Shown here: in pieces, positions 28,319-38,015 of the stretch
How positions within the stretch are numbered: the first letter of the stretch is position 1
How the letters are laid out: each line of letters starts with the position of its first letter
Origin: Candidatus Oxydemutatoraceae bacterium
GTDB taxonomy: Bacteria; Pseudomonadota; Gammaproteobacteria; Poriferisulfidales; Oxydemutatoraceae
Assembly: GCA_965220085.1 (NCBI GenBank)
Contig: CBDCOZ010000001.1
Span: 96,001 to 160,000, forward strand
Direction of reading: 5' to 3'
DNA: 64,000 bases
Notes under the pieces: generated by a model
Database searches by the model: none
What the model was told of the DNA's origin: nothing
What the model saw: the letters and a program-made list of their open reading frames with translations, nothing else
Program-made: the position numbers and the translations under genes

Positions 28319-30173
28319 TTAGCGCAACGGGCCTTCCAGGAAGAGGCGCAGGCGCAGTAGCAGACTTGAGCTGGCAACCGCAGGAAGGCCAAGGCTGCAT
28401 CGCTCCTCGTCTGCCGGTGTGGTGGGGTGCTGGTCCTTGAAGGAGGCGCATACGCGAATGTATTTGCCGATATGGGCGGCGCGAGGCGTGAAGCGGGAGG
28501 TGCTGCCCGTTGTCGCGGTGTCTTCTATATCGTCGTAGGCGCCGATTACAAAGGTGGGGCTGGAGGGGGCATCGGCTTCTTGCCACTTCCAACTCAGGGT
28601 GTTTGTATCAACGCCATTTTGATCGGCCACGCCATAGATGGAAGCTGTCAGCGGCGCATTGGCGGCATATGAAGCGCCCATGCCGCCCGTCACCGTGGGC
28701 GCCCCCCCGGCGACCTGTTGCGTGGTTTCTCCCAGAACCAGATTGATGGTGACAGTGCCATGCGAACTGATGGCGGTGGTATCACTCAGAGAGTAGCCGC
28801 GATAAGTGAAACTGGTAAAGCCGGGGGTGATGGAAATGGCCTCGGGGGGAGGTATCCAGAACAGATTTTGCGTAGCGTTGGCGGCAAAGTCGCTGGGGAT
28901 GACTGAGCTCGTATCCTCATTGCCGCGGAGAATGGTTCCGTTCCTCCTGACCAATCTGCCACGGTCAGGCACAGTGATTATTTCCACAATAAAATTGCTT
29001 CTGGTGACGGCGTTGCCATCCGCATCCTTGAAGGCAAAGTCGTTTAGCTGAAAGAGATAGCGATCGCTCCCAACCCCGACATCAACGCTGGTATCCTGGG
29101 CGGCGGGGATGCCGCTTGTCTGGGACGTACCGGCCACAGGAGCGCCGATGTTGCATCGCTCCTCGTCTGCCGGCGCGGGGTGCTGGTCCTTGAAGGAGGC
29201 GCAGACGCGAATGTATTTGCCGACATGGGCGGCGCGCGGCGTGAAGCCGGAGGTGAGGCCGCCCGTTGTCGCGGCGCCCGCTATATCGCTGTAGGCATCA
29301 TCACTGACTGCAGAGGAGCCGCTGGAGGGGATATCGGCCTGTTGCCACTGCCCAGGCAAGGGTGCTTGTATCAATGCCATTTCGATCCTCCACGCCATAG
29401 ATGGAAGCTGTCAGCGGCGCATTGGTGGCATATGAAGCGCCCATGCCGCCCGTCACCGTGGGCGCCCCCCCGGCGACCTGTTGCGTGGTTTCTCCCAGAA
29501 CCAGATTGATGGTGACAGTGCCATGCGAACTGATGGCGGTGGTATCACTCAGAGAGTAGCCGCGATAAGTGAAGCTGGCAAAGCCGGGGGTGATGGAAAT
29601 GGCCTCGGGGGGAGGTATCCAGAACAGATTTTGCGAAGAGTTGGCGGCAAAGTCGCCGGGGATGACTGAGCTCGTATCCTCATTGCCGCGGAGAATGGTT
29701 CCGTTCCTCCTGACCAATCTGCCACGGTCAGGCACAGTGATTATTTCCACAGCAAAATTGCTTCTGGTGACGGCGTTGCCATCCGCATCCTTGAAGGCAA
29801 AGTCGTTTAGCTGAAAGAGATAGCGATCGCTCGCAACCCCGACATCAATGCTGGTATCCTGGGCGGCGGGGATGCCGCTTGTCTGGGCCGAGGCGCAGGT
29901 CGCGCTTAATGCCAGGGACAGGGCCAGCAGGCAACGCGCGGCGGCTCCGGTCATAGCCCGGCGGGCGGTGCCCGCCACTCGCACAGACATCAGGCGCACT
30001 GCAACAGACCACAGCGACAGCATCAACCCACGCACCGCCGGGGGGCGAGACCGCTTTGCGGACTGCGGATATGCGGGTGATAAAAAACGGGTGAGAAGGC
30101 GATACGGCGAAACGCCGACAATCCTCTTATTGACAAGACTGCGCGGGCGTGTATCAAAAGTTTGTCGTTTCAT
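28319..30173 (-). pseudogene. Double-module exported protein split by a +1 frameshift (or sequencing error)
   Basis: ORFs 29301..30173 and 28319..29398 join if the extra C at about 29351-29353 is removed (ctgCCCagg here versus ctgCCagg in paralogs). Confidence 0.75.
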
Positions 30174-30215
30174 AATTCTGCTCCCGATGTGGTTGTTCAT
30201 AAAATGTGTTTCTCA

Positions 30216-31439
30216 TTACCGCAAGGGGCCTTCCAGGAAAAGGCGCAAGCGCAAGCGCACGGCAGTCAAACCTATGGTGAGGGTGGCCTCGTTGCTGTCG
30301 GCATCGCCATCGCTGAGGGTGAAGCCAAGGGTGGCGCTTACAAGGGGGGCGCTTGACGAATTGTCGTCGATTACGGTCAAGGTCAGGTCGCCGCCGCTGA
30401 AGTCGCCGTTTGTTATGGCCAGGGTCTGATCCTCCGTCACTGCTTCGTTGTTGAAGTTGAGGGTGAGGCCCGCCTGCGGGGGCAAGGCAGTGATGGTGAC
30501 CGATGCCAACTCATCGCCATCGTCATCGTCATATGCGCCTATGAAGACGCTGGCGGGTATGGTGATGGGCGCACTGTCACCAGCGGAGCGGGAGGCCTGG
30601 TATCTGGCATCGGCAGCCTTCGGCGCGAACTTCACCGTGATGGTGAAAGTGTAATCGGCAGACACGGCAGGGCTGGCAGAATCCGTCACCGTCAGAGTGT
30701 AGGTGGTGGTGGGCATGGCTTCCGTCGGGGTGCCGGAAAACAGATACCAGTAATCAAGAAGGGGATGGTTTCCACCGCTCATACCGGCGGGCAAGGCGGG
30801 TGAAATGCTGAATGTCAGGGGCCTGACGCCGCCGCCGGGGTTGATTGCATAATCAGCTGGCAAAGCCTCGCCAACTATCCAAACCTGATCAGTGCCTCCC
30901 CTATCCAGAGCGGCTTGCAAAGTGGTTAATACGCCGGAAAGACGCGGATGCCATGTGGGCCCCTGCAACACTTCAATGGTGAAGGTATCGCTCACCGTGT
31001 CGCCGTCTGCGTTGGTGGCCGTGTATGTGTAAGTGGTTTCGGCCTTGGCGGCTGTGGGGTTGCCCGCAAGCGCCCTGGTGGAGGCTGTGAATGTCAGACC
31101 CGCAGGCAGGGCGGGTGTGAGCGTATAGGTGTAGGTGCCGTCCGGCAGAGCATTGGGCAACGCGAAGTTTAGCGCGCCCCCATTTGTAGCATACAGCCGA
31201 TCGTGCAAGGCGGCATTGAAGCTGAGCGTCTGCGCGAACGCGGGGGAGGCCGCAACCGACAGCAGCAATATCGCAACCGACAGCCCGGCCACAGCTGGGC
31301 AACGCAACCGCACTGCGGTGCATGGCGAGTATATGAGGGATGGCGGCAGAAAGAGGGCGGCGAGGCGATGAAGCCAGGCGGCCGCAATCCCCTTATTTAA
31401 AAGACTGCGCAGGCGCGTATCAAAAATTTTTCGTTTCAT
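30216..31439 (-). CDS. Exported protein with He_PIG-like Ig repeats and LRLRLFLEGPLR tail
   Basis: AFAQ cleavage site; two PALPAG(L/M)...G(N/T)PT...TTYT repeats; cadherin-like D-rich module. Confidence 0.8.
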   Translation of the reverse strand: MKRKIFDTRLRSLLNKGIAAAWLHRLAALFLPPSLIYSPCTAVRLRCPAVAGLSVAILLLSVAASPAFAQTLSFNAALHDRLYATNGGALNFALPNALPDGTYTYTLTPALPAGLTFTASTRALAGNPTAAKAETTYTYTATNADGDTVSDTFTIEVLQGPTWHPRLSGVLTTLQAALDRGGTDQVWIVGEALPADYAINPGGGVRPLTFSISPALPAGMSGGNHPLLDYWYLFSGTPTEAMPTTTYTLTVTDSASPAVSADYTFTITVKFAPKAADARYQASRSAGDSAPITIPASVFIGAYDDDDGDELASVTITALPPQAGLTLNFNNEAVTEDQTLAITNGDFSGGDLTLTVIDDNSSSAPLVSATLGFTLSDGDADSNEATLTIGLTAVRLRLRLFLEGPLR

Positions 31440-31481
31440 AGTTCTACTCCCGATGTGGTTTGTATATAAAATGTGTTTCCA

Positions 31482-32585
31482 TTACCGTAGCGGGCCTTCG
31501 AGGAAAAGGCGCAGGCGCAGTAGCAGACTTGAGCCGGATGACGCACCTTCCACAGGAAGGCTAAAGCTGCATCGCTCCTCGGATACCGGCGTGGAGTGCT
31601 GGTCCTTGAAGGAGGCGCATACGCGAAGGTATTTGCCGGCATGCTCGGCGCGCGGCGTGAAGCCGGAGGTGAGGCCGCCCGTTGTCGCGGTGTCCGCTAT
31701 ATCGCTGTAGTCCTCCTCACTGACTACAGAGGTGCCGCTGGAGGGGGCAGCGGCCTCTTGCCACTGCCAGCCCAGGGTGCTTGTATCAATGCCATTTACA
31801 TCAGACACGCCATAGACGGAAGCTGTCAGCGGCGTATTGACGGCATATGAACCGCCCGTGCCGCCCGTCACCGTGGGCGCGCCCTTGGCGGCTGCCTGCG
31901 TGGTTGATGCCACCATGTTGATGGTGACGGTGCCATGCGAACTGAAGGTGCTGATATCATTGTAACTGTAGCCGCGATAAATGAAACTGGTATAGCCGGG
32001 GGCGGCAGAAATGACATCAAAGGGAGGCACCCAGTGCACATTTCCCAACCGACCGACGGGAAAGTCGGTAGGGGTGATTGAAGGCGGCTGATTACCGCTA
32101 GTGCGGAGAATGCCCCCGGCTCTTGTAACCAATACGCCACGGTCAGGCAAAGCGACCACTTCCACGACCCAATTACTTCTGGTGACGGCGTTGCCATTCG
32201 CATCCTTGAAGGCAAAGTCGTTTAACTCAAAGAGGTAGGTATCGTCCCCAATCTCGACATCAACGCTGGTATCCTGGGCGGCGGGGATGCCGCTGGTCTG
32301 GGCCGAGGCGCAGGTTGCGCCCAATGCCAGAGACAGCGCTAACAGGCAACGCATGGCGGTTCCGGATGCAACCCCGTCGATTGCTACCGCTACTCGTGCG
32401 GGCGCAAAGAGCGCCACAAACTGCCGCCACAGCGAAAGCCGCAGACCGGACACAGCCGGGCAACGCAACCGCACTGCGGCGAATGGCGGGTTGCGATGTG
32501 CGGGTGATGAAAACCGGGTGGAAACGCCCGCAATCCCCTTATTTAAAAGACTGCGCGGGCGCGTATCAAAAATTTGTCGTTTCAT
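31482..32585 (-). CDS. Exported Ig/cadherin-like protein with LRLRLFLEGPLR tail
   Basis: MKRQIFDT start after AGGAG RBS; ASAQ site; paralog of 34694..35782. Confidence 0.85.
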   Translation of the reverse strand: MKRQIFDTRPRSLLNKGIAGVSTRFSSPAHRNPPFAAVRLRCPAVSGLRLSLWRQFVALFAPARVAVAIDGVASGTAMRCLLALSLALGATCASAQTSGIPAAQDTSVDVEIGDDTYLFELNDFAFKDANGNAVTRSNWVVEVVALPDRGVLVTRAGGILRTSGNQPPSITPTDFPVGRLGNVHWVPPFDVISAAPGYTSFIYRGYSYNDISTFSSHGTVTINMVASTTQAAAKGAPTVTGGTGGSYAVNTPLTASVYGVSDVNGIDTSTLGWQWQEAAAPSSGTSVVSEEDYSDIADTATTGGLTSGFTPRAEHAGKYLRVCASFKDQHSTPVSEERCSFSLPVEGASSGSSLLLRLRLFLEGPLR

Positions 32586-32628
32586 GGCATTACTCCTATG
32601 GTGGTTTGCATATACAGTGTGTTTCCCA

Positions 32629-33627
32629 TTACCGCAACGGGCCCTCCAGGAAGAGGCGTAGCCGCAAGCGCAGGTTGGCGGCACATTCCGTCGCACCATT
32701 CAGATTCGCCCCCTGCGGAGACATGCCCGCTCCGCAATCGAAAACATACCGCACCGAATCCTCCTTTTCCGGAAAGGCGAGCTCTGCTGCGCCGAATACA
32801 TCCGCGCACTGCGGCGAACCCGAACCGAAAACGCACCATTCAAATTCCGTCTCGCCCGAAATCAGCGGGATGTTGCACCTGAAGAAGGCGGTGGCGGTGG
32901 AAATAGTCCACCCCTGATCCGCACATGTGCGAATCCCCTCCCGCTCGGCGGGGGTTAAGCCGGTCGGAAAGGCCGTGCAGTTCGGCCATGTGCCGACGTG
33001 CGAGTTCAAATCGCAGGAGCATTCGGTTGCGCCCTTCAGGTTTTGGTCCGGCGGATAGCCGCCGGGGATACTTCCGCCCTGGTCGCAATTTGCCACAAAG
33101 CGGTCCCCGCCCTCGGGTTTAACGGTGGGATGGTCCGCCGCTTTCGGAAAAACCGGCGGACTGCCGTATATATCCGTGCATAATGGCAGATTCCCTCGAA
33201 CAAAACAGAATTGGGCTCCCCTGTTGACTTCCGTCATGTCGCCGTAAAGAAAGGATGGAATTTCGCATCCTAACTCTCCGGTGAAAAAGGAAATTAAGCC
33301 GCTGACGGTGCCGTCCCCCCATCCCGCATTCCTGCAAGCATTCACAATAGCGAAGTCCGCATCGGCAAAACAACCGGTGTTAAATTCGGAACCCGGCGCT
33401 GTGGAAGAGATTCGCGTTTGCCCTTGGGGGCATGGGGTTTGCGCTGACGCGCCGTCCGCGGCGAATGCGAATGCGAGCATCATCGCCGCGCAAATTTTAA
33501 GAGGGTCAATTGACGCGAAGATTAATTCAGACATCCTGCGTGAAGACGCAACCAGCGACCGGAGGCTACGCCGAGTCATCGTCGCCCGGCAATGCGGGAG
33601 GGGAGTATCAAAAACTTGTCGTTTCAT
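32629..33627 (-). CDS. Exported cysteine-rich protein with LRLRLFLEGPLR tail
   Basis: MKRQVFDT leader, ASAQ site, two internal Cys-rich repeats ending NLxGATEC. Confidence 0.8.
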   Translation of the reverse strand: MKRQVFDTPLPHCRATMTRRSLRSLVASSRRMSELIFASIDPLKICAAMMLAFAFAADGASAQTPCPQGQTRISSTAPGSEFNTGCFADADFAIVNACRNAGWGDGTVSGLISFFTGELGCEIPSFLYGDMTEVNRGAQFCFVRGNLPLCTDIYGSPPVFPKAADHPTVKPEGGDRFVANCDQGGSIPGGYPPDQNLKGATECSCDLNSHVGTWPNCTAFPTGLTPAEREGIRTCADQGWTISTATAFFRCNIPLISGETEFEWCVFGSGSPQCADVFGAAELAFPEKEDSVRYVFDCGAGMSPQGANLNGATECAANLRLRLRLFLEGPLR

Positions 33628-33669
33628 AGTTCTACTCCCGATGTGGTTTGTATATAAAATGTGTTTCCA

Positions 33670-34650
33670 TTACCGCAACGGGCCTTCCAGGAAAAGCCGC
33701 AAGCGCAAGCGCAGACTTGAGCCGGATGTGCCGACCACAGGAAGGCCGAGGGTGCATCGCTCCTCGTCGTTCGGCGTGGAGTGCTGGTCCTTGAAGGAGG
33801 CGCATACGCGAATGTATTTGCCGGCATGGGCGGCAAGGGGCCTAAAGTTAGCATCGGTGGCATCCTCTATATCGCCGTAGACACCGACTATAGAGGTGCC
33901 GCTGGAGGGCGCAGCGGCCTGTTGCCACTGCCAGGCAAGGGTACTTGTATCAATGCCATTTTGATCCGCCACGCCGTATATGGAAGCCGTCAGCGGCGTA
34001 TTGAGGCGATATGAAATGGCCGTGCCGCCCGCCACCGTGGGCGTGCCGACGGCTTCCTGTTGTATGGGTGACCCCACCACCAGGTTGATGGTGATGATGC
34101 CGCGCGAACTGTCAATGGTGGTTGCATCAAGGGAGAAGCCCGTATAGGCGAAACTGGTGTAGTTGGGAGTGACAGAGATGGCGTCATCGGGGAGCACCCA
34201 AACGAGATTTCGTGAATCCCCGTCGGCAAAGTCGCCGGATACCAGCAAATTCAAGTCATTATCAATGCGGATAATGCTTCCGCTCCTCTTAATCAATATG
34301 CCGCGGTCAGGCAAAGTGGCCACTTCTATGGCAAAACCACCGATTGCAAGGCTGGCGCCACTCGCATCGGTGAAGGCAAAGTCGGTGGTCTTGAAGGTGT
34401 AGGCGGAGCCTCCAATCGGAACATCAACGCTGATATTCTTGGCTACGGGGACGCCGCCGGTCTGTGCCCAGGCGCAGGTTGCGCCCAATGCCCAGACACA
34501 GCAACAACAGACCGCGCACAGCCGGGTGCGCGACCGTGCTACGGCGGATGGCGGGTTGCGATGTGCGGGTGATAAAAAACGGGCGGAAATGCCGGCAATC
34601 CCCTTGTTTACAAGACTGCGCGGGCGCGTATCAAAAATTTGTCTGTTCAT
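33670..34650 (-). CDS. Exported Ig/cadherin-like protein with LRLRLFLEGPLR tail
   Basis: MNRQIFDT leader, AWAQ site; paralog of neighbours. Confidence 0.85.
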   Translation of the reverse strand: MNRQIFDTRPRSLVNKGIAGISARFLSPAHRNPPSAVARSRTRLCAVCCCCVWALGATCAWAQTGGVPVAKNISVDVPIGGSAYTFKTTDFAFTDASGASLAIGGFAIEVATLPDRGILIKRSGSIIRIDNDLNLLVSGDFADGDSRNLVWVLPDDAISVTPNYTSFAYTGFSLDATTIDSSRGIITINLVVGSPIQQEAVGTPTVAGGTAISYRLNTPLTASIYGVADQNGIDTSTLAWQWQQAAAPSSGTSIVGVYGDIEDATDANFRPLAAHAGKYIRVCASFKDQHSTPNDEERCTLGLPVVGTSGSSLRLRLRLFLEGPLR

Positions 34651-34693
34651 AGCATTACTCCTATGGTGGTTTGCATATACAGTGTGTTTCCCA

Positions 34694-35782
34694 TTACCGC
34701 AACGGGCCTTCCAGGAAGAGACGCAAGCGCAAGCGCAGACTTGAGCCGGACGACGTACCTTCCACAGGAGCGCCTATGCTGCATCGCTCCTCGTCTGCCG
34801 CCGCGGGGTGCTGGTCCTTGAAGGAGGCGCAGACGCGAATGTATTTGCCGACATGGGCGGCGCGCGGCGTGAAGCCGGAGGTGAGGCCGCCCGTTGTCGC
34901 GGCGCCCGCATCGCTGTAGGCATCATCACTGACTGCAGAGGTGCCGCTGGAGGGGATATCGGCCTGTTGCCACTGCCAGGCAAGGGTGCTTGTATCAATG
35001 CCATTTCGATCCTCCACGCCATAGATGGAAGCTGTCAGCGGCGCATTGGTGGCATATGAAGTGCCCATGCCGCCCGTCACCGTGGGCGCCCCCCCGGCGA
35101 CCTGTTGCGTGGTTTCTCCCAGAACCAGATTGATGGTGACAGTGCCATGCGAACTGATGGCGGTGGTATCACTCAGAGAGTAGCCGCGATAAGTGAAACT
35201 GGCAAAGCCGGGGGTGATGGAAATGGCCTCGGGGGGAGGTATCCAGAACAGATTTTGCGAAGAGTTGGCGCCAAAGTCGCTGGGGATGACTGAGCTCGTA
35301 TCCTCATTGCCGCGGAGAATGGTTCCGTTCCTCCTGACCAATCTGCCACGGTCAGGCACAGTGATTATTTCCACAACAAACTTGCTTCTGGTGGCGGCGT
35401 TGCCATCCGCATCCTCGAAGGCAAAGTCGTTTAGCTGAAAGAGATAGCGATCGCTCGCAACCCCGACATCAATGCTGGTATCCTGGGCGGCGGGGATGCC
35501 GCTTGTCTGGGCCGAGGCGCAGGTCGCGCCCAATGCCAGGGACAGCGCTAACAGGCAACGCGCGGCGGCTCCGGCCATAGCCCGGCGGGCGGTGTTTGCC
35601 GGGCGCACTGCAACAGACCGCAACGACAGCATCAACCCGCGCATCGCCGGGGGGCGAGACCGCTTTGCGGACTGCGGATATGCGGGTGATAAAAAACGGG
35701 TGAGAAGGCGATACGGCGAAACGCCGACAATCCCCTTATTGAGAAGACTGCGCGGGCGCGTATCAAAAGTTTGTCGTTTCAT
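34694..35782 (-). CDS. Exported Ig/cadherin-like protein with LRLRLFLEGPLR tail
   Basis: MKRQTFDT start after AGGAG RBS; nearly identical to both modules of 28319..30173. Confidence 0.85.
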   Translation of the reverse strand: MKRQTFDTRPRSLLNKGIVGVSPYRLLTRFLSPAYPQSAKRSRPPAMRGLMLSLRSVAVRPANTARRAMAGAAARCLLALSLALGATCASAQTSGIPAAQDTSIDVGVASDRYLFQLNDFAFEDADGNAATRSKFVVEIITVPDRGRLVRRNGTILRGNEDTSSVIPSDFGANSSQNLFWIPPPEAISITPGFASFTYRGYSLSDTTAISSHGTVTINLVLGETTQQVAGGAPTVTGGMGTSYATNAPLTASIYGVEDRNGIDTSTLAWQWQQADIPSSGTSAVSDDAYSDAGAATTGGLTSGFTPRAAHVGKYIRVCASFKDQHPAAADEERCSIGAPVEGTSSGSSLRLRLRLFLEGPLR

Positions 35783-35825
35783 AGCATTACTCCTATGGCG
35801 GTTTGCATATACAGTGTGTTTCCCA

Positions 35826-36990
35826 TTACCGCAACGGGCCTTCAAGGAAGAGACGCAGGCGCAAGCGCAGACTTGAGCCGGACGACGTACCTTCCACAGG
35901 AAGGCCGATGCCGCATTGCTCCTCGCCTTTCGGTGTGGAGTGCTGGTCCTTGAAGGAGGCGCATACGCGAAGGTATTTGCCGACATGCTCGGCACGAGGC
36001 GTGAAGCCGGAGGAGAGGCCGCCCGTTGTCGCGGTGCCCTGTATAGGGCTGTAGTCACCCTCACTGACTACAGAGGTGCCGCTGGAGGGGATATCGGCCT
36101 GTTCCCACTGCCAGGCAAGGGTGCTTGTATCAATGCCATTTCGATCAGCCACGCCATAGATGGAGGCTGTCAGCGGCGTATTGACGGCATATGAAGTGCC
36201 CGTGCCGCCCGTCACCGTGGGCGCACCAGTGGGGCTTAGTTGCGAGGATGCTCCCACCAGATTGATGGTGATGGTGCCATGCAAACTGTCGGTGTCGACA
36301 TCATTGAAACTGTAGCCGCGATAAGTAAAACTGGTATAGGCGGGGGTGACAGAAATGGCATCAAAGGGAGGAACCCAGAGTGGATTTGCTAAATTTTGGT
36401 CCCCAAAGTCGCCAGGGAGGAATACACTCCCCGTATGATTGCTGCGGATAACGGTAGCGTTTCTTTTAACCAATATGCCATGGGCAGGCAAAGTGACCAC
36501 TTCCACGACGAAACTATTTCTGTTGGCGGTGTTGCCATTCGCATCCTTGAAGGCAAAGTCGTTGAGCCGAAACTCGTAGGCGCTACTCCCAATCCGGACA
36601 TCAATGCTGGTATCCTGGGCGGCGGGGATGCCGCCTGTCTGGGCCCAGACGCAGGTTGCGCCTAATGCCAGAGACAGGGCCAGCAGGCAACGCGCGGCGG
36701 CTCCGGTCATAGCCCGGCGGGCGGTGTTTGCCGGGCGCACTGCAACAGACCACAGCGACAGCATCAACCCACGCACCGCCGGGGGGCGAGACCGCTTTGC
36801 GGACTGCGGATATGCGGGTGATAAAAACCGGGTGAGAAGGCGATACGGCGAAACGCCGACAGGCCCCTTGCTTGTAAGGCTAGGGGGGGGGGGGGGGTAG
36901 TATTAACATTCTCTGCTTCGCACTATATGCTTGCAAATACAACCGCTTCCGCCTGCTTGAGGGGGCGGTATTAGAAGCTTGTCGGTTCAT
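35826..36990 (-). CDS. First gene of the array, out of frame at a poly-G/C tract (putatively phase-variable)
   Basis: GAGGAG RBS plus ATG at 36990 (MNRQASNT...); C15 gives LPPPPP-stop, C14 or C17 reads into SLTSKGPVGVSPYRLLTRF as in paralogs. Confidence 0.7.
36883..36897. repeat. G15 homopolymer
   Basis: 15 consecutive G residues. Confidence 0.95.
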
Positions 36991-37037
36991 GCTATTACTC
37001 CTCATGGTTTACCTCCGGTAAATGCAATCATTATATA

Positions 37038-37137
37038 CGCAAACAGTATTTAGAGGCACAAACAACTTTGTTGTTTGTGGCTTCTTGATGAGAGCACAAA
37101 CATATTTAATTGTTTGTGGTTCCTCAAATTGTTTGCG
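37038..37137. promoter_or_regulatory. Palindromic operator-like sites upstream of the array
   Basis: CACAAACA-N7-TGTTTGTG (37057-37079), CACAAACA-N8-TGTTTGTG (37095-37118), outer CGCAAACA/TGTTTGCG. Confidence 0.55.
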
Positions 37138-37356
37138 TTCCATAAACTGTTTCATGTCGGTACTCCTAGCACCGTATGCCGTAGTCTGCTACAAAGCGCA
37201 AGTCACTTGCAAGTCAAACCGCCTGAAATTCTATTAAAAGCCGCACTATACCATAAAGCAAGATATTTGCAAGCGCCTGTGGGATGCCGTGAAATATGGA
37301 GCATATGGGGGCAAGTATTGTGCGGTGGCATGGGATAAAACCGCCTGAGACCGGCT

Positions 37357-37749
37357 TTATTCGGCATTGCGTTTTCCAAAGCCGGCGCTGACCCATAGCA
37401 GGGAGAGCCAGCCGCCCATCAGTGCGATGCCGCCCAGCGGGGTGATGGCGGTTACCGCCGCTATTCCGGTTGAGACAGAAACATAGATGCTGAATGAAAA
37501 CAGGATCGCGCCGGCGCAAAATATCGCGCCCGCTACGGAGAGCCTTTTCACCACCGCAGCGGGCATGTCGGTAAAACGCATCAGCGCCAGTCCGATGACC
37601 AGCGCCGCGTGGACGATGCCGTAGCGGGTGGCCACCTCCAAGCTGCCCGCTTGCTTGGCGGACAGTTCCAGAAAATGGCTGCCGAGCGCGTCATAGATGT
37701 ATGATGCCAAGACATATTGGACACTTGGGCAAATATTGTGCGGTGTCAT
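37357..37749 (-). CDS. DUF423 family membrane protein, N-terminus atypical
   Basis: ALGSH, TRYGIVH, LFSFSIY, ITPLGG...GW motifs. Confidence 0.75.
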   Translation of the reverse strand: MTPHNICPSVQYVLASYIYDALGSHFLELSAKQAGSLEVATRYGIVHAALVIGLALMRFTDMPAAVVKRLSVAGAIFCAGAILFSFSIYVSVSTGIAAVTAITPLGGIALMGGWLSLLWVSAGFGKRNAE

Positions 37750-38015
37750 GGCGCTTGAGGCTTCGGCCGTAGTGTGGTCGTTGGGTGTTAAACCATAGCA
37801 GATAGTCTATCCGCTAATCGTTGAATGTCCGCATATTCGGTCTGCAACAAGCCCGCTTCAAATGCCACAGACTCTCTCTGAGAAGGCGGTGAAAGCGTTC
37901 GTAGTAAGAATAGCCCGCCTATAAAGTTTGAGAATTTGGGAGACTTTGATACTTATCGGAAAAGTCTTGAGTGTCTTCACAAGCGCCCAGAAAATAGCAT
38001 TCCCAGAGAACAGCA

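Larger units (their letters stand above)
26797..36990 (-). repeat. Head-to-tail array of nine cassette-like genes sharing the C-terminal LRLRLFLEGPLR motif and conserved junctions
   Basis: Motif stop codons at 26797, 27394, 28319, 30216, 31482, 32629, 33670, 34694, 35826; conserved spacer and MKRQxFDT leader. Confidence 0.95.

Noticed and set aside
31482-36064. ORF-track N-terminal extensions (to 28392, 32699, 36064)
   Set aside because: They overlap the upstream gene's tail; the RBS and conserved MKRQ starts lie at 28275, 32585 and 35782.
26797-36990. Array as a CRISPR or classical integron
   Set aside because: Repeats are mostly coding and separated by 0.6-1.9 kb genes; no cas or intI gene in the window and no clear attC-type palindromes at the junctions.
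37022-37338. Short ORFs upstream of the array
   Set aside because: AT-rich regulatory-looking DNA with no coding signature.
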